Assembly (NCBI GenBank): GCA_025603075.1
Contig: MU626268.1
Span: 1-64,000, forward strand
Length of the DNA: 64,000 bases
DNA from: Neoconidiobolus thromboides FSU 785
Lineage: Eukaryota; Fungi; Entomophthoromycota
Direction: 5' to 3'
Part shown: piece after piece, positions 37,224-48,900 of the stretch
How positions within the stretch are numbered: the first letter of the stretch is position 1
Layout: each line of letters begins with the position of its first letter
The notes under the pieces: model-generated
What the model saw: the letters and a program-made list of their open reading frames with translations, nothing else
Told to the model about the DNA's origin: nothing
The model's database searches: none
Translations under genes and position numbers: made by a program

Positions 37224-38384
37224 ATGACTAACAACGCTGAACGCTTTTTATTTACTTCAGAATCCGTAGGTGAAGGTCACCCAGATAAAATTTGTGATCA
37301 AGTCAGTGATGCTATCCTTGATGCTTGTTTGGCCCAAGATCCTTACAGTAAAGTAGCTTGTGAGACTGCTGCCAAAACTGGTATGATTATGGTATTTGGT
37401 GAAATTACTACTCGTGCTCAAATTGATTACCAAAAAGTCATCCGTGAAGCTATTAAGGATATCGGTTATGACGATAGTGAAAAAGGTTTCGATTACAAAA
37501 CTTGCAATGTATTAGTTGCTATTGAACAACAAAGTCCTGAAATTGCTGACGGTTTAGTTCAAGTCTCAGAAAACATTGAAGATATTGGTGCTGGTGATCA
37601 AGGTATTATGTTTGGTTATGCTTCCGATGAAACCCCTGAACTTATGCCACTTACCATTATCTTGGCCCATAAACTTAACTCAAAGATGAGTGAACTTCGT
37701 CGTGATGGTACTTTATCTTGGTTACGTCCAGATTCTAAATCTCAAGTTACTGTTGAATATGAAAACCAAAACGGCCACCTTAAAGCTCTCCGTGTTGATA
37801 CCGTTGTCATCTCTACTCAACACAGTGCTGATGTTGATAATGAAACCATTCGTAAAGAACTTAAAGAAAAGGTCATTGATGCTGTTATCCCAGCTGAATA
37901 CCTTGATGACAAGACTGTTTACCATCTTAATCCTTCTGGTCGTTTCGTTATCGGTGGACCACAAGGTGATGCTGGTGTTACTGGACGTAAGATTATCGTT
38001 GATACTTATGGTGGTTGGGGTGCTCATGGTGGAGGTGCTTTCAGTGGTAAAGATTGGTCCAAAGTCGATCGTTCAGCTGCTTACACTGGACGTTGGATCG
38101 CCAAATCCCTTGTAAATGCTAAACTTGCTAAACGTTGTTTAGTACAATTATCATATGCCATTGGTGTACCAGAACCTCTCTCCATTTTTGTAGATACTTA
38201 TGGCACTGGTGCTAAATCAAACGAAGAGCTTTTGAAAATTGTTAAAGAAAATTTTGATCTCCGTCCAGGAAAGATTGTCCAAGATCTTAACTTATTTAAA
38301 CCAATTTACCGTAAAACAGCATGTTATGGTCATTTCGGTCGTGAAGAATTTACTTGGGAACAACCAAAAGAATTAAAGTTCTAA
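37224..38384 (+). CDS. SAM2: S-adenosylmethionine synthetase
   Basis: [40 protein letters not shown]; intronless, strongly biased codon usage. Confidence 0.99.
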   Translation: MTNNAERFLFTSESVGEGHPDKICDQVSDAILDACLAQDPYSKVACETAAKTGMIMVFGEITTRAQIDYQKVIREAIKDIGYDDSEKGFDYKTCNVLVAIEQQSPEIADGLVQVSENIEDIGAGDQGIMFGYASDETPELMPLTIILAHKLNSKMSELRRDGTLSWLRPDSKSQVTVEYENQNGHLKALRVDTVVISTQHSADVDNETIRKELKEKVIDAVIPAEYLDDKTVYHLNPSGRFVIGGPQGDAGVTGRKIIVDTYGGWGAHGGGAFSGKDWSKVDRSAAYTGRWIAKSLVNAKLAKRCLVQLSYAIGVPEPLSIFVDTYGTGAKSNEELLKIVKENFDLRPGKIVQDLNLFKPIYRKTACYGHFGREEFTWEQPKELKF

Positions 38385-39345
38385 ATTGGATTGGTAACTG
38401 TATACTAAAAATTAATAAATTCTAATACTTTTAAAGATAAGTGCACTTTCATTTTACTTTAAATTAAAGATTGTATCTATATGTCCTTATATTCTACTAA
38501 TGTTTCTTAGTTCTCTCCTGAAAGTAAGTGTTTTATTTAATATTCATGATCGTTCCATATATTTGACATTAGCATTTAACTATAAGCTATTACTATTTAT
38601 TTACAAGTCATTTTTACAATAAAGTTATAAGCAAAACATTACATTTTACAATGTAGTAAACCTAGGTTACATAGAGTAAGAATATTCAATTATTTATAGA
38701 TAAATAGATGGCTTAGATAATTGTTTGTACGATAGATCAGAGGTAAAAACTGTATTTTTATGATATTTTATTTTAGTCAAGTATAATATTAAATTAAGTT
38801 AACATTGTAACTAAATAAATAGAGATAATATATAATATATAATTGGGGATTAAATAGTTAGTATTATTAAATTTATGTAATAATATGACATCAATAAAAT
38901 TTACTTAAATCGAAATTTCCTTTTATTTAAATATAAATAATTTTTATTTCTTAAATACAATAAACCATAGAAGAAGACTATTCAATTTAAAAAGTAATAG
39001 TCTATAAAACAAAGCGAGATTGGATGGTCCAAGAGAAGTTTTGATATTATAAGTTTGCATTTTATTTGCTAAATAAAAAAAGGAAACTTTAAGTTAGATG
39101 ATCAATTTGTCATGGGTTACTTTTATAATCAAGGGATAAGAAGATAAAGGGAGATAGTGATTCTTAGGTTGAAGAATATCTTAGCATGAGGAAGAGCAAT
39201 AAAAGAAGGTAGAGCTTTATGACAACATAGTACATGGTAAAGGTTAGGTATATCTAAGTTTATTAAAGAGAGGTAGGTAGGTAAATATAGTGTCTTTGGT
39301 TAATAAATTTAAGATAAACTTAAGTTTGGACTATTATTTATTGTA

Positions 39346-39445
39346 TGGGAGTGTTTTTTTTGACTTCATTACTTTTTCCTTTTTTAAGCGCTATTTAAGC
39401 GGAAAATTTGTTAGTAGAGTTCTTAAACACAAAAATACATCCACA
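39346..39445 (-). mobile_element. MITE family A copy
   Basis: TA-TGGGAGTGTTTTTTTTGACTTC...AAACACAAAAATACATCCACA-TA. Confidence 0.92.
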
Positions 39446-39790
39446 TATGTTTGATTTCTGTCATTTTTTGGTTTTCTATATTTTTTGTTTTCATTATTGT
39501 ATAAAAATTTTAAATTAACATAAAAACAATGATTCTTACTATAGAGAACAACTTCCTTGTTGTTTATAATTCTACTGTCAATAGATAAGTTTATAAATAA
39601 CTTGATATTTTTGAAAAAAAATGGCTTTATGGGCTCAGTTTAAATAAAAAAAGTTACAAGTTAAAAAGTCTTGGTCGCTTTGAACCAAATCTATAATACT
39701 CAAATCAAAAAATAAAATACACATTAACAAGTATTTTAAACATGAGCCAATATTTGACTTTATATTTCAAACTTTTCCTAATATAACAAA

Positions 39791-39862
39791 GCAATAGTAG
39801 TAGAGTTGTTAAATCATTGCATCTCAAGAAGTTTGCTTCGGATTTGATTCCTGGGCATTGTA
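39791..39862 (+). pseudogene. Decayed tRNA-Gly-like sequence
   Basis: GCAAT start; 3' 27 nt CTTCGGATTTGATTCCTGGGCATTGTA vs CCCCGGGTTCGATTCCCGGACATTGCA is 20/27 identical, all differences transitions; anticodon arm lost. Confidence 0.55.
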
Positions 39863-39883
39863 CGAAAAATCGTAATGACCATT

Positions 39884-39981
39884 TGGGGATGTGTCTTTTT
39901 GTTTAAGAATTTTACTGATAATCTTTCCGCTAAAATAGCGCTTAAATGGAAAAACTCATGGAACCAAAAAAAACAACCCCA
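39884..39981 (+). mobile_element. MITE family A copy
   Basis: TGGGGATGTGTCTTTTTGTTTAAG...AAAAAAAACAACCCCA. Confidence 0.9.
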
Positions 39982-40396
39982 TTTAATAAGTTCACTATGT
40001 TAAATCAATTTATCAGTTGTAAATTATGAAGGATGAGCTGCCTTGTAAGCAAGTTAGGTGGTTCACACATTACTTGAATAGGATTCAGGTGGCTTATAGG
40101 TGGACCATAACATCTTCTCATCTCTCATATCTTAAATATTAAGCTAATTTAGTGTTGTATAAGAACGTAATTAAGTAATTTTTCTGATAATATTTTTGTG
40201 TAGCATTCAAAATCAAACTTTACGTGTCAGAAAGTACAAAATCAATAATTAAAACTAAAATTGAAAAATATAGATAAATTACTTATGGATAATATTTAAT
40301 ATCATAAACATATAAATAGAATTGTAACCTAATTGTTAATTTCAAAGCTCACAATTAATTAGGATAAAGGCTCAAATAAAATATATAATTAACTTA

Positions 40397-41810
40397 TTAT
40401 AATTTCATCCAATATAACAGCATGATGTATTCTATTAGTCTATCAAAGACATCATTATCATCATCATCTTTAGAAGGCATAATAAGTAATAAAGGAGTAG
40501 TCCTAATATGATTATAATCAACATTTATATATTGTTTTTTAACATGAAATCTGTAGCTTTGATTATTTTAAAGTTTGGGAAAAGAGATAGAAAGTAGAAA
40601 TTCTTGGATTGTAATAAAATATGAGTTACAAATTTGAATTTGATTAATAAATTGATATTTAATTGAATTATATTCATTATAAAAGTTCATTTTATTAAAC
40701 CCAGAGTTATTAAATAGTATAGTGTACTGATTCAAATTAGAAAAGTGGATGGTTTGAATGTTTGACAATTGTGAAATTTTAGCTAGCAATTCTTTTAATA
40801 AATACTCAATAATATGGGGATATTTTTTTTGTCTTCATTACTTTTTCTATTTTTAAGCACTATTTGAGTGGAAAGATTATCAGCAAAATTCTTAAACGAA
40901 AAAATACATCCCCATATGCCTCTTTTAAACTTGATAGGTTTGAAAAAGTATAATCTATTCTACCCTTTGAATCAAAATAACATAAAGCTATAATATTACT
41001 ATTTTTAGTTAATTCTATACTATTAAAATTATTGGTATTGATTTCAAAATCAGTACTATTTACTAATTTAATACTCTTTAATTTCTTTAAGTCTCAAAAA
41101 TATTTTATATCAAACTCAAGCATAGCATTAGCAATTTCTAATTCTAAATTGGAATTGAAATTTGCGTTCAAATTGATTTCACTAGAAGCTTTAATAAGTC
41201 CATCAACGATCAACTTTAGTCTCTTTAACTTACTAAATCCTGTTTTAATCATAGTTAATACATTAAGATTTATGATGTTACATGTGTCTATCACAGGTGA
41301 TTTTAATTCTTTTGGGTTTAAATACTTAATCAAACCTTTGATTGATATATTATATACGTAATATTCAGATATATCGAGTTGACTCGAGTGCCTATTGAAT
41401 AAGTCTAATGATTATATGTCACTAAGAATATTCATATATATTTTTTTAATTTTGCCATTTTAGCTTGTAATTTGATATTATCTTTATTTTTGTCTCTATT
41501 TTCACAACTCCCATTAATTGTATATAAATAGAATATTGATCTCAAGTTTGAACAATTGTTTAGAGACCTAAAGCTTCTAGTTTTTATACTCATATGCTTC
41601 ATCAATCCTCGGTTTCCGATAATAAACTTCCCTTGATAATATTAACATCAACTTTGTCTTGATTACACAGTGAATAAGTAGAGTTATCACAACTACTTTG
41701 CTTGCAATATTAAATAACCTATTTAAAAAGCATAAATTAGCTAATTTTTCTGGATGTAATAGCTTGAGCATATCTTTTGATAATATATCAGATAAAGACT
41801 CTAAGACTAA
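40397..41810 (-). pseudogene. F-box/LRR family pseudogene 1 (MITE-interrupted)
   Basis: Pieces LESLSDILSKDMLKLLHPEKLANLCFLN, YLNPKELK..NFNSNLELEI, LLAKISQLSNIQTIHFSNL, TPLLLI..LIEYIMLLYWMKL* collinear with 53632-55080; frameshifts. Confidence 0.85.
40815..40914 (-). mobile_element. MITE family A copy inside F-box pseudogene 1
   Basis: TA-TGGGGATATTTTTTTT...AAAAAATACATCCCCA-TA; 100 bp. Confidence 0.93.
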
Positions 41811-42151
41811 TAGAATTTTAAAATAAAATAAAAAAAAAGAAACAAAGTTCGATTTACTTTTTATAACCCTTAATTAACCTTGATGATGCTATGTAGTTTG
41901 AATACTATTAGTTAAATCAATACAAATTTTATAATCAAAATTGTTACAATTGTAAAATACATACAAATAAAATGTTGAAAATAAAAGTTAATTTATGAAT
42001 TTATATCTTAATAACATAATAATAATAAAGTTTAAAATACAAAAGCATAATATTATTGGAATCTAAATATTAAAAAAAGCTATCACTTAGTTTCAAATAA
42101 TATATCTCATTGATAAAGCGACTATATTTGAATGTAGTTTATTGACATTGC

Positions 42152-42857
42152 TTATTGTAGTTTCACCCAATCTAATGATGGAATGTATTTCAACAGGTAA
42201 TTGAAAATACCCTTGTGATTATTTGTATAAGGTGCAATAAGCAATAAAGGGATAGTACGAGTATTTTATAATCTAATGGTTCAGTTTTATCTGATAAAAG
42301 ATTTGTGTTTTTAACTACTTCAAGGTTTGGGAATAAAGATATGAGGTGAAGAAACTCTTTAGTTGTGTTAAAATAGTTATAGAAATGAATTTAGTAAATT
42401 TGTATTTGCTTAAATTATACTTTTTTTTATGAAAGTATCTTCGTTGAACTTGACATTATCAGATAGTTTATCATGTTGGTCTATTTTCATAAAATGAATA
42501 GCTTGAATATTTGGTATTAAAGAAACCGAATTCAATAGCTCTATTGTTATATGTATTTAGATAAGATATAGATATTGAGTTTGAGCAACAAGTTAAATAT
42601 TCTATATTCTCACTTTCAATATTTATATGTTTCATTAATCCTCCATTATTTTTGATAAACTTCTCTCGATAGTTCCAGTATCTACCAGTCTTATTTTGAT
42701 CATACAACGGATAAGTTGGATTATATTTCGCTATTTCACTAACGATATTAAATAACTCTTTGCTTAAGAAACAGAAATCTATCACTTCTTCTGGATCTAA
42801 AAGTTTGAATATATCTTCTAGTAATACATTGATTAACTGATCAAACTTCAGTTCCAT
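42152..42857 (-). pseudogene. F-box/LRR family pseudogene 2 (large internal deletion)
   Basis: MELKFDQLINVLLEDIFKLLDPEEVIDFCFLSKEL N-terminus joined near 42470 to the C-terminal ..HLISLFPNLEVVK..LLKYIPSLDWVKLQ*; roughly 0.8 kb of the middle absent. Confidence 0.85.
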
Positions 42858-43573
42858 TTTATTTTAAAATAAAAATAAAGGAAGAAGTAAAAACTACTTT
42901 CATATATTTTAATTTATAATCATAACTAGCTAAAATATTATTGGTTAAGTAAATCAAGTTTGCTTTCAAAACTATAGTATTTCTTGCTAACAAAGAGTCC
43001 ATATTATTTACAAATTCTCTTTGGTCTTATAATGCTATTACAAATTATTTTTCTTATCATTAATATTTCATTTTTCCAATCAATCGCAAAGTTTAAAATC
43101 ATATATATGAATTATTTCAAAATGTGGCTTTTTTTATGAATAGCACTGCAACCAGAGTGTAATATTATAAAAAACAGTTAAACTAATAAAGAAACAACTT
43201 TAATTGAAAGTCTTATTTTCATGCCTTTAAGATTATAACATATTATATGTTTATCATCATGTATTTGATTTTTAAAATTTTAAAATTTAGTTGTTTGATT
43301 GTGATGCTAAATACACATTAGTCAGAAAGCATATGAGTGGTGGTTAAAAAATCACAAAACAAAGGGATTAGAAGATAGCCAAGTTATCATCTTTCACACG
43401 AATCTATTTTATACGTTATAAATAGACCGCATACAAAGTTCTAGATCATTTGAATAGCCCATTGCCAAGATATAGTCAAGAGGAATAATTAACATTAACA
43501 AAGACTTATTAGTAAGGTTTTAATTCTTAATAAAAATAATGTCTTGCTAAAATGAATTTTTGAAATTTTAGCA

Positions 43574-43665
43574 TAAGAATGCATTTTGTTTGAAAATTTT
43601 GCTAACAATCTTTCCACATAAATAACATTCAAGGTACAAAAGTGGTGAAATAAAAACACATTGAT
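43574..43665 (+). mobile_element. MITE family A copy (old, degenerate)
   Basis: ATTTTGTTTGAAAATTTTGCTAACAATCTTTCCACATAAATAAC...AAAAGTGGTGAAATAAAAACACAT. Confidence 0.65.
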
Positions 43666-44022
43666 ATCTTATATTTAAATAATGTAATTAATATAAAAAT
43701 TTTCACGTGTTATGTTGAAATTATATGCAATACGCTTATAATTTTTTTAAATCACCTTTTTCCAATTCTTTTACTCTGCAAACTTTTATATCTCTTTTGT
43801 ACAAAATATTTTATCAATTTTGTACAAATTTTTTGCTAATCTATGGATATGAAAATAAATAAATAATTAACCAATATATTTATTTTAATTATACTTATCG
43901 TTCTGCCTAATAAAGTCAGTATTATTAACATAAAAATTGATATCTCAAAATAATAACAATCAAAATAAATGTGTAAATCCTTGTTTGAGACTAATTTATA
44001 GTTAAACTAATACAGGTACTTA

Positions 44023-44483
44023 TGTGAAATCTGGTACTCAGTGTTTGGAGTCAAGAACAGCTATTGCTGGGTTGACCACACTATAAGTCGAAAGGTCTTA
44101 GTTTATGTGACTAAGATAGACTTGGATTATGAGGAATAGCACGTAATAGGTTACAAGCTATATAAGACAGATAGAATAGACAATACTAATGTAAAATCTA
44201 CGTAAAATACTATTAGGAAAACTTAGTGGCTTTATTAAATGTTCGAGATATCAGGGAATAATTCAATTAAAAAGCCTCGAACTACTATACTCTGTAAGCT
44301 CTTTTATACTCTGAAAAGTATAAATATCAAAATAAGAAGATAATATTCTTTGGAATGGAGCTAGAAATTCTCATAGCAAATCAAACTAAGAACGTGGGAT
44401 TGATTTTCTCTGAACTCGAGAACACAGCAGCTTAAGTGGTTATACTACAATTGACCGTGGGGCTGACAAAGCGATATTTCACA
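44023..44483 (-). mobile_element. Solo-LTR-like family L, full copy (461 bp)
   Basis: CTTA|TGTGAAAT...ATTTCACA|CTTA: TG..CA ends, 8-bp terminal inverted repeat, perfect 4-bp TSD. Confidence 0.9.
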
Positions 44484-45339
44484 CTTATACTTTAGATATT
44501 TTTATCGAAATATTTAAATTTTTATTAAAATGCTAAAGTAAAACAGAGCATAAATATTTTGAGAAATTTATGTCAAAATTCATATTATATTGATCCTATA
44601 TAAAAGATAAAAATATTTATTAGAAAACATCCATCCATATATAATTTAGATAAAAGTGACTTTAGTAAAGCCCTGCAGACATGTCCTTTATAGAAACTTG
44701 TATATATATAAAATTACTTAGTAGCATAACCCAAAGTCGTGAAATAAATTACAAAAGTAAGATATTAAGGTTTAAGAAGTATAATTAATTTATACTAAAA
44801 TTTAAACATAACTTACATTATAGCTTTATTACAATGTAACTAGCAGTGATTTTTGGAGCCATTTATTTGATTAGTTAGTTGATTTCTTTAAAGCTTGACC
44901 CTTGAATTTTAGCTAAATCTTACTCTTGAGTGAACAGTTAGTTGAATTATAGTAAAGCTGTAACATACATATCAAAAAGGGTTACTGCTGATTTTACAAA
45001 TAATACAATTCATTGATAAAATAATACTATACTAAAATGTAGTTTGTTATATTGAATATCATAAACCTCATCCAGTGTAATGATGGAATATATCCCAATA
45101 AATTATAAAAAATACTCTCATGCGAATAAGGAATAGTAATTGACAAGAGGATAGTATCAGTATGTTTGTAATCAACTTCTAAATATCCGTCGAAGGTTAG
45201 ATTTGTAGCTCTAATCATTTTAAGGCTTGAGAAAAGAGAAATAAGATAAAATAACTCTTCAATTCAAATAAAGTTACTAAATTAGATTTGCTTTATAAAT
45301 TAGAAAATTAGATTGTTTAAATATTTGGCAAAAATGATA

Positions 45340-45439
45340 TGGGGATGTTTTTTTTGATTTCATTATTTTTCCATTTTTTAAGCGCTATTTGAGTAGAAAG
45401 ATTGTTAGTAAAATTCTTAAACAAAAAAATACATCCCCA
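45340..45439 (-). mobile_element. MITE family A copy, intact; TA duplication restores the host reading frame
   Basis: TA-TGGGGATG...CATCCCCA-TA; removing the element and one TA gives cta tta aaa tca ata tca ttt ttg cca aat (LLKSISFLPN vs paralogue LLSSISLLPN). Confidence 0.95.
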
Positions 45440-45488
45440 TATTGATTTTAATAGTTTTATTGGTAAATACTCTATGAATTTCTTTTAA

Positions 45489-45589
45489 TGAGGATGTATT
45501 TTTTTGTTTAAGAATTTTACTAACAATCTTTCTACTCAAATAGCGCTTAAAAAATGGAAAAATAATGAAATCAAAAAAAAACATCTTCA
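45489..45589 (+). mobile_element. MITE family A copy, inverted partner of 45340-45439
   Basis: TGAGGATG...CATCTTCA ends; inner 89 bp identical to the neighbour. Confidence 0.92.
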
Positions 45590-45992
45590 CTTGCTTAAAA
45601 AACATTGATTAAATTCATTTAGATTTGATTCAAGTATATTTAGTAAAATATTGGACAAAGACTCTAAGGTTAATAGCATTTTAGAATCAAACTAAATAAA
45701 AAGATAAACTATTGATGACCAAATCAATCCAAAATTTACTTTATAATAATAATATTGATAACAAAAATTAACTGTTATTTATAATATCAGCTTATTATTA
45801 TAACGTTAAAATTGGTTTTTTGAGTTAAGTATTATTTTATTTTTTAATTAAGTTATAAATTTTTACAAAATATTCTATGTCGGTCACTTATCAATATTCC
45901 AATGAAAACCCCACATATTCCAAATAAACAAAATAATAATAATTAGATGTATCAAAATTTTTATTGATTTTCATATCTTAATCCACTCATTC

Positions 45993-48900
45993 TTAAATAA
46001 GTTCAATTAGTTGCCCAATTAACTGCTGTTGATCAATATCTTCTAATGAGCTTAATCCCATTAATCCCACCGAATATATTGATCTTGAGTCTTTCTTCAC
46101 TTTATTATTCATCATCGGAAACCTACTTTTTCTTTTAATACCCATTTGAACCATTTTAAGTCTTAACTTGATTTGGTTTGTCTTTTTAATAATTTCTAAC
46201 ACTTTAGGATACGACATTAAATTAGCTAAAGTCACCATCAATGGATTTAATACATGTGATAGTTCTTTATGGGCCACCATAGTAATTAACATATCTTCTA
46301 CATCTTTACATTGTGTAACTAAATGTTTAGCACATGTTTCATCGCGAGATAAATTTTCCAATATTAAAACAGAATGTCTTAAGATTTCTTGATGAGGTTG
46401 ACTACGATTACATTGTCCCATTAAAGTTAATATGACTCTAATAACATGATATTGCTCCATTAACCTTTGTCGACAAGTATGTGATAATTGAGTTACTACA
46501 ACTAAATGATCACATGCTTTAATAATATGAGTTAAATTTTTACTAGCACTTAATATGTCTAAAGCAATAGTAGTACGATTTGAAAGTATCATATGCGGTT
46601 GAGCTTCACGATTAGCTTTTTGAACTCTTTGGCAAGCTAATTTCACCTTTGGTGAACTCTTTATACGTACTTTGTAACCCCTCCATAATGGTTGTAAACT
46701 CTTTGCAATTCTTTGACTCGCTTTAAATTTACGTTGACTTAAATAAGATAAACTTAATGTTTGTAATTTTATAGCGGCTAAGTGTCTTTCTCTTTCTAAT
46801 CGTTTAGCTCTCAATTCTTCTAATTTTTCATTGCATTCATTTCGCCATAGAGTTAAATATTTATATCTTAATCGAAATTGAGCATGTAATTTAGCTTCAA
46901 AAATTTCATTAAATCTTAAAAATAATTGATCTGCAGCTATTAGTTTTATATATACTTTTTGAAATCTTTTCCTTATTTCTTTCTTTTTGTTGAATAATTC
47001 AATAGCTTCTTTACTTAATATGTATCCTCTCCATATCTGTTGAATTTTGGTGGCTGCTTGGTTTTTCCTTTCAAAGTAATTACGATAAGCTTGCTGTAAA
47101 ACAATTGCTGACTGTTTAATATTTTGATAATGGTTAAATTCCAATTTACCATCTGTCATAGCTCTAAGTCTATCTTGAATAATAAAAGCCGCAATTCTAA
47201 TATTGTCATAGCTATCCACAATCTCGTTAGAAATTAATAATGCCTCTCTACGTTCACAAATCCATTGGCTTAATTGCCTAATCTTATTAAATTTAATTCG
47301 ACTTTTTACCATTTTCAATAAAGATTGAATTTTAATTGAATTGTTATGTAAGTGTATGTTTTTACTATACTCCTTCTTAACTAAATATGCCTTTAATTGA
47401 GCTTGAAGTAAAATTGCAGATCTATATTGAGTATCTTTTTGAATCCAATAACTTCTTAGACACTTTTGTAAAGCGGTAGCTGCTTCCTTTTTCTTATTAA
47501 ATAATTCCTTAACCTTATTGCATTGAATTTGGTGTTGATAAATGCCTTGTATAATAATAGCTTTGAATTTTAAACCTAAATAATTCTTATTCTCCTCTCT
47601 TGCCAAAACCACTTCCTTTCTTCTATGAGCCACATAATCCGCTGCCGATTTAAGTTCTAAATAGGGTAGTTTACTCATTGCCATTTTAATGTTAGATTGA
47701 ATTGTCAACATGGCTAATTTTCGAATTTGATAATCCTCCTTAATATCTTTACAATTTATTGAGTTTTGATAGGTATCTTTAATGAATCCAGTGACTTCTT
47801 TAATTAATTTAAAATTAAAACATTGATCTAAAGTATTGATATAACAATCCCATCTTTCTTGAATGATTTTTGCTAGCTTTAATCTATTATTAAATTCCTC
47901 TTTAGCTATTTTCATTCTCATACAATTCTGGATTCTAAGAGCCATTTTATTTCTCATTTGATCATATGTATATTCCTTCTTGGTAATAGCCATCTTCCAA
48001 ACTGATTGGATTTTTAAAGCAGAGTGATTGATTAACCTCACGTGTTTTTGATAAGCTCTGAACTTCCTTTGAATAAGTAAAGTCGCTCCTTTTTCTTTTA
48101 AATGTTGCTTATATACACTTTCAGTTTCCCATTTTTGTCTTAATTGGAATTGAGTTATTTTAGCTGCTTCTTTTAATAAGGAATAATTATCTAATGTCAC
48201 TTTAGAATGTTGAGTATTATGACGAATTTCTATAATAGCTTTTGTATGGTCTTTAAGCTCATTGAAATTGGTAGTTCCTTTAACCATCTTTAAAAACGAA
48301 GAAATAGTTGCTGATGCCTTATTAATTCTCCTATTACTTAACTCTCTTTTAGCTAGCAGTCTCTTCCAAGCCGATTGTAAAGTAATAGCAGCTAAATTTC
48401 TTTGTTCTTTGCACTTTTTAAAATATTTAATAAACTTAACACGCTGTTGAAGGAATAGCGTGGTTTCTCTCAATTTACAATAATTTTGCTTAGTTTCCCT
48501 GGTTAGTAACTTTTCTCTCCATGCCCTTTGCAAACCCATTGCTAAATAAGAAGTAATAAAATAAACTTCTTTGATTACAAAACTTTTTATTTTTGATTGA
48601 ATTAAAACCGCTGCTTTATAATGAAGTTGAAGTTTAGAAAGTAGCCTTTTAGCGCAAAATTTCCTCCAAATACATTGTATCTTAACGCACGCTTGTTCTT
48701 TTTTCTCTGCTTCTGCCATAAGATACCAATGCTTTCTTAATTGTTTTTGTATTACTTTAGCTGCATTAACTTTATTTTTGTACTCTTCGCATACGTTATC
48801 CCCTAAAACTCTGACTCTTCTTCTTAACTGAATAAAATTGGATGTCTCTTTTAAAATAGAATAATTGATATTAAAATGACACATTTTCATAAATGCTTGT

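Larger units (their letters stand above)
45027..45700 (-). pseudogene. F-box/LRR family pseudogene 3 (two MITEs, about 0.9 kb deleted)
   Basis: LESLSNILL..NQCFLSK | MITE | LKEIH..LLKSI | MITE | SFLPNI*TI*FSNL..YLISLFSSLKMIRATN..LLGYIPSLHWMRF. Confidence 0.8.

Noticed and set aside
37690-38115. Alternative-frame and antisense ORFs (37690-38115, 37722-38027)
   Set aside because: Shadows of the SAM synthetase codon bias.
45417-45605. 62-aa ORF MFFKQVK...
   Set aside because: Read through two MITE copies and their spacer.
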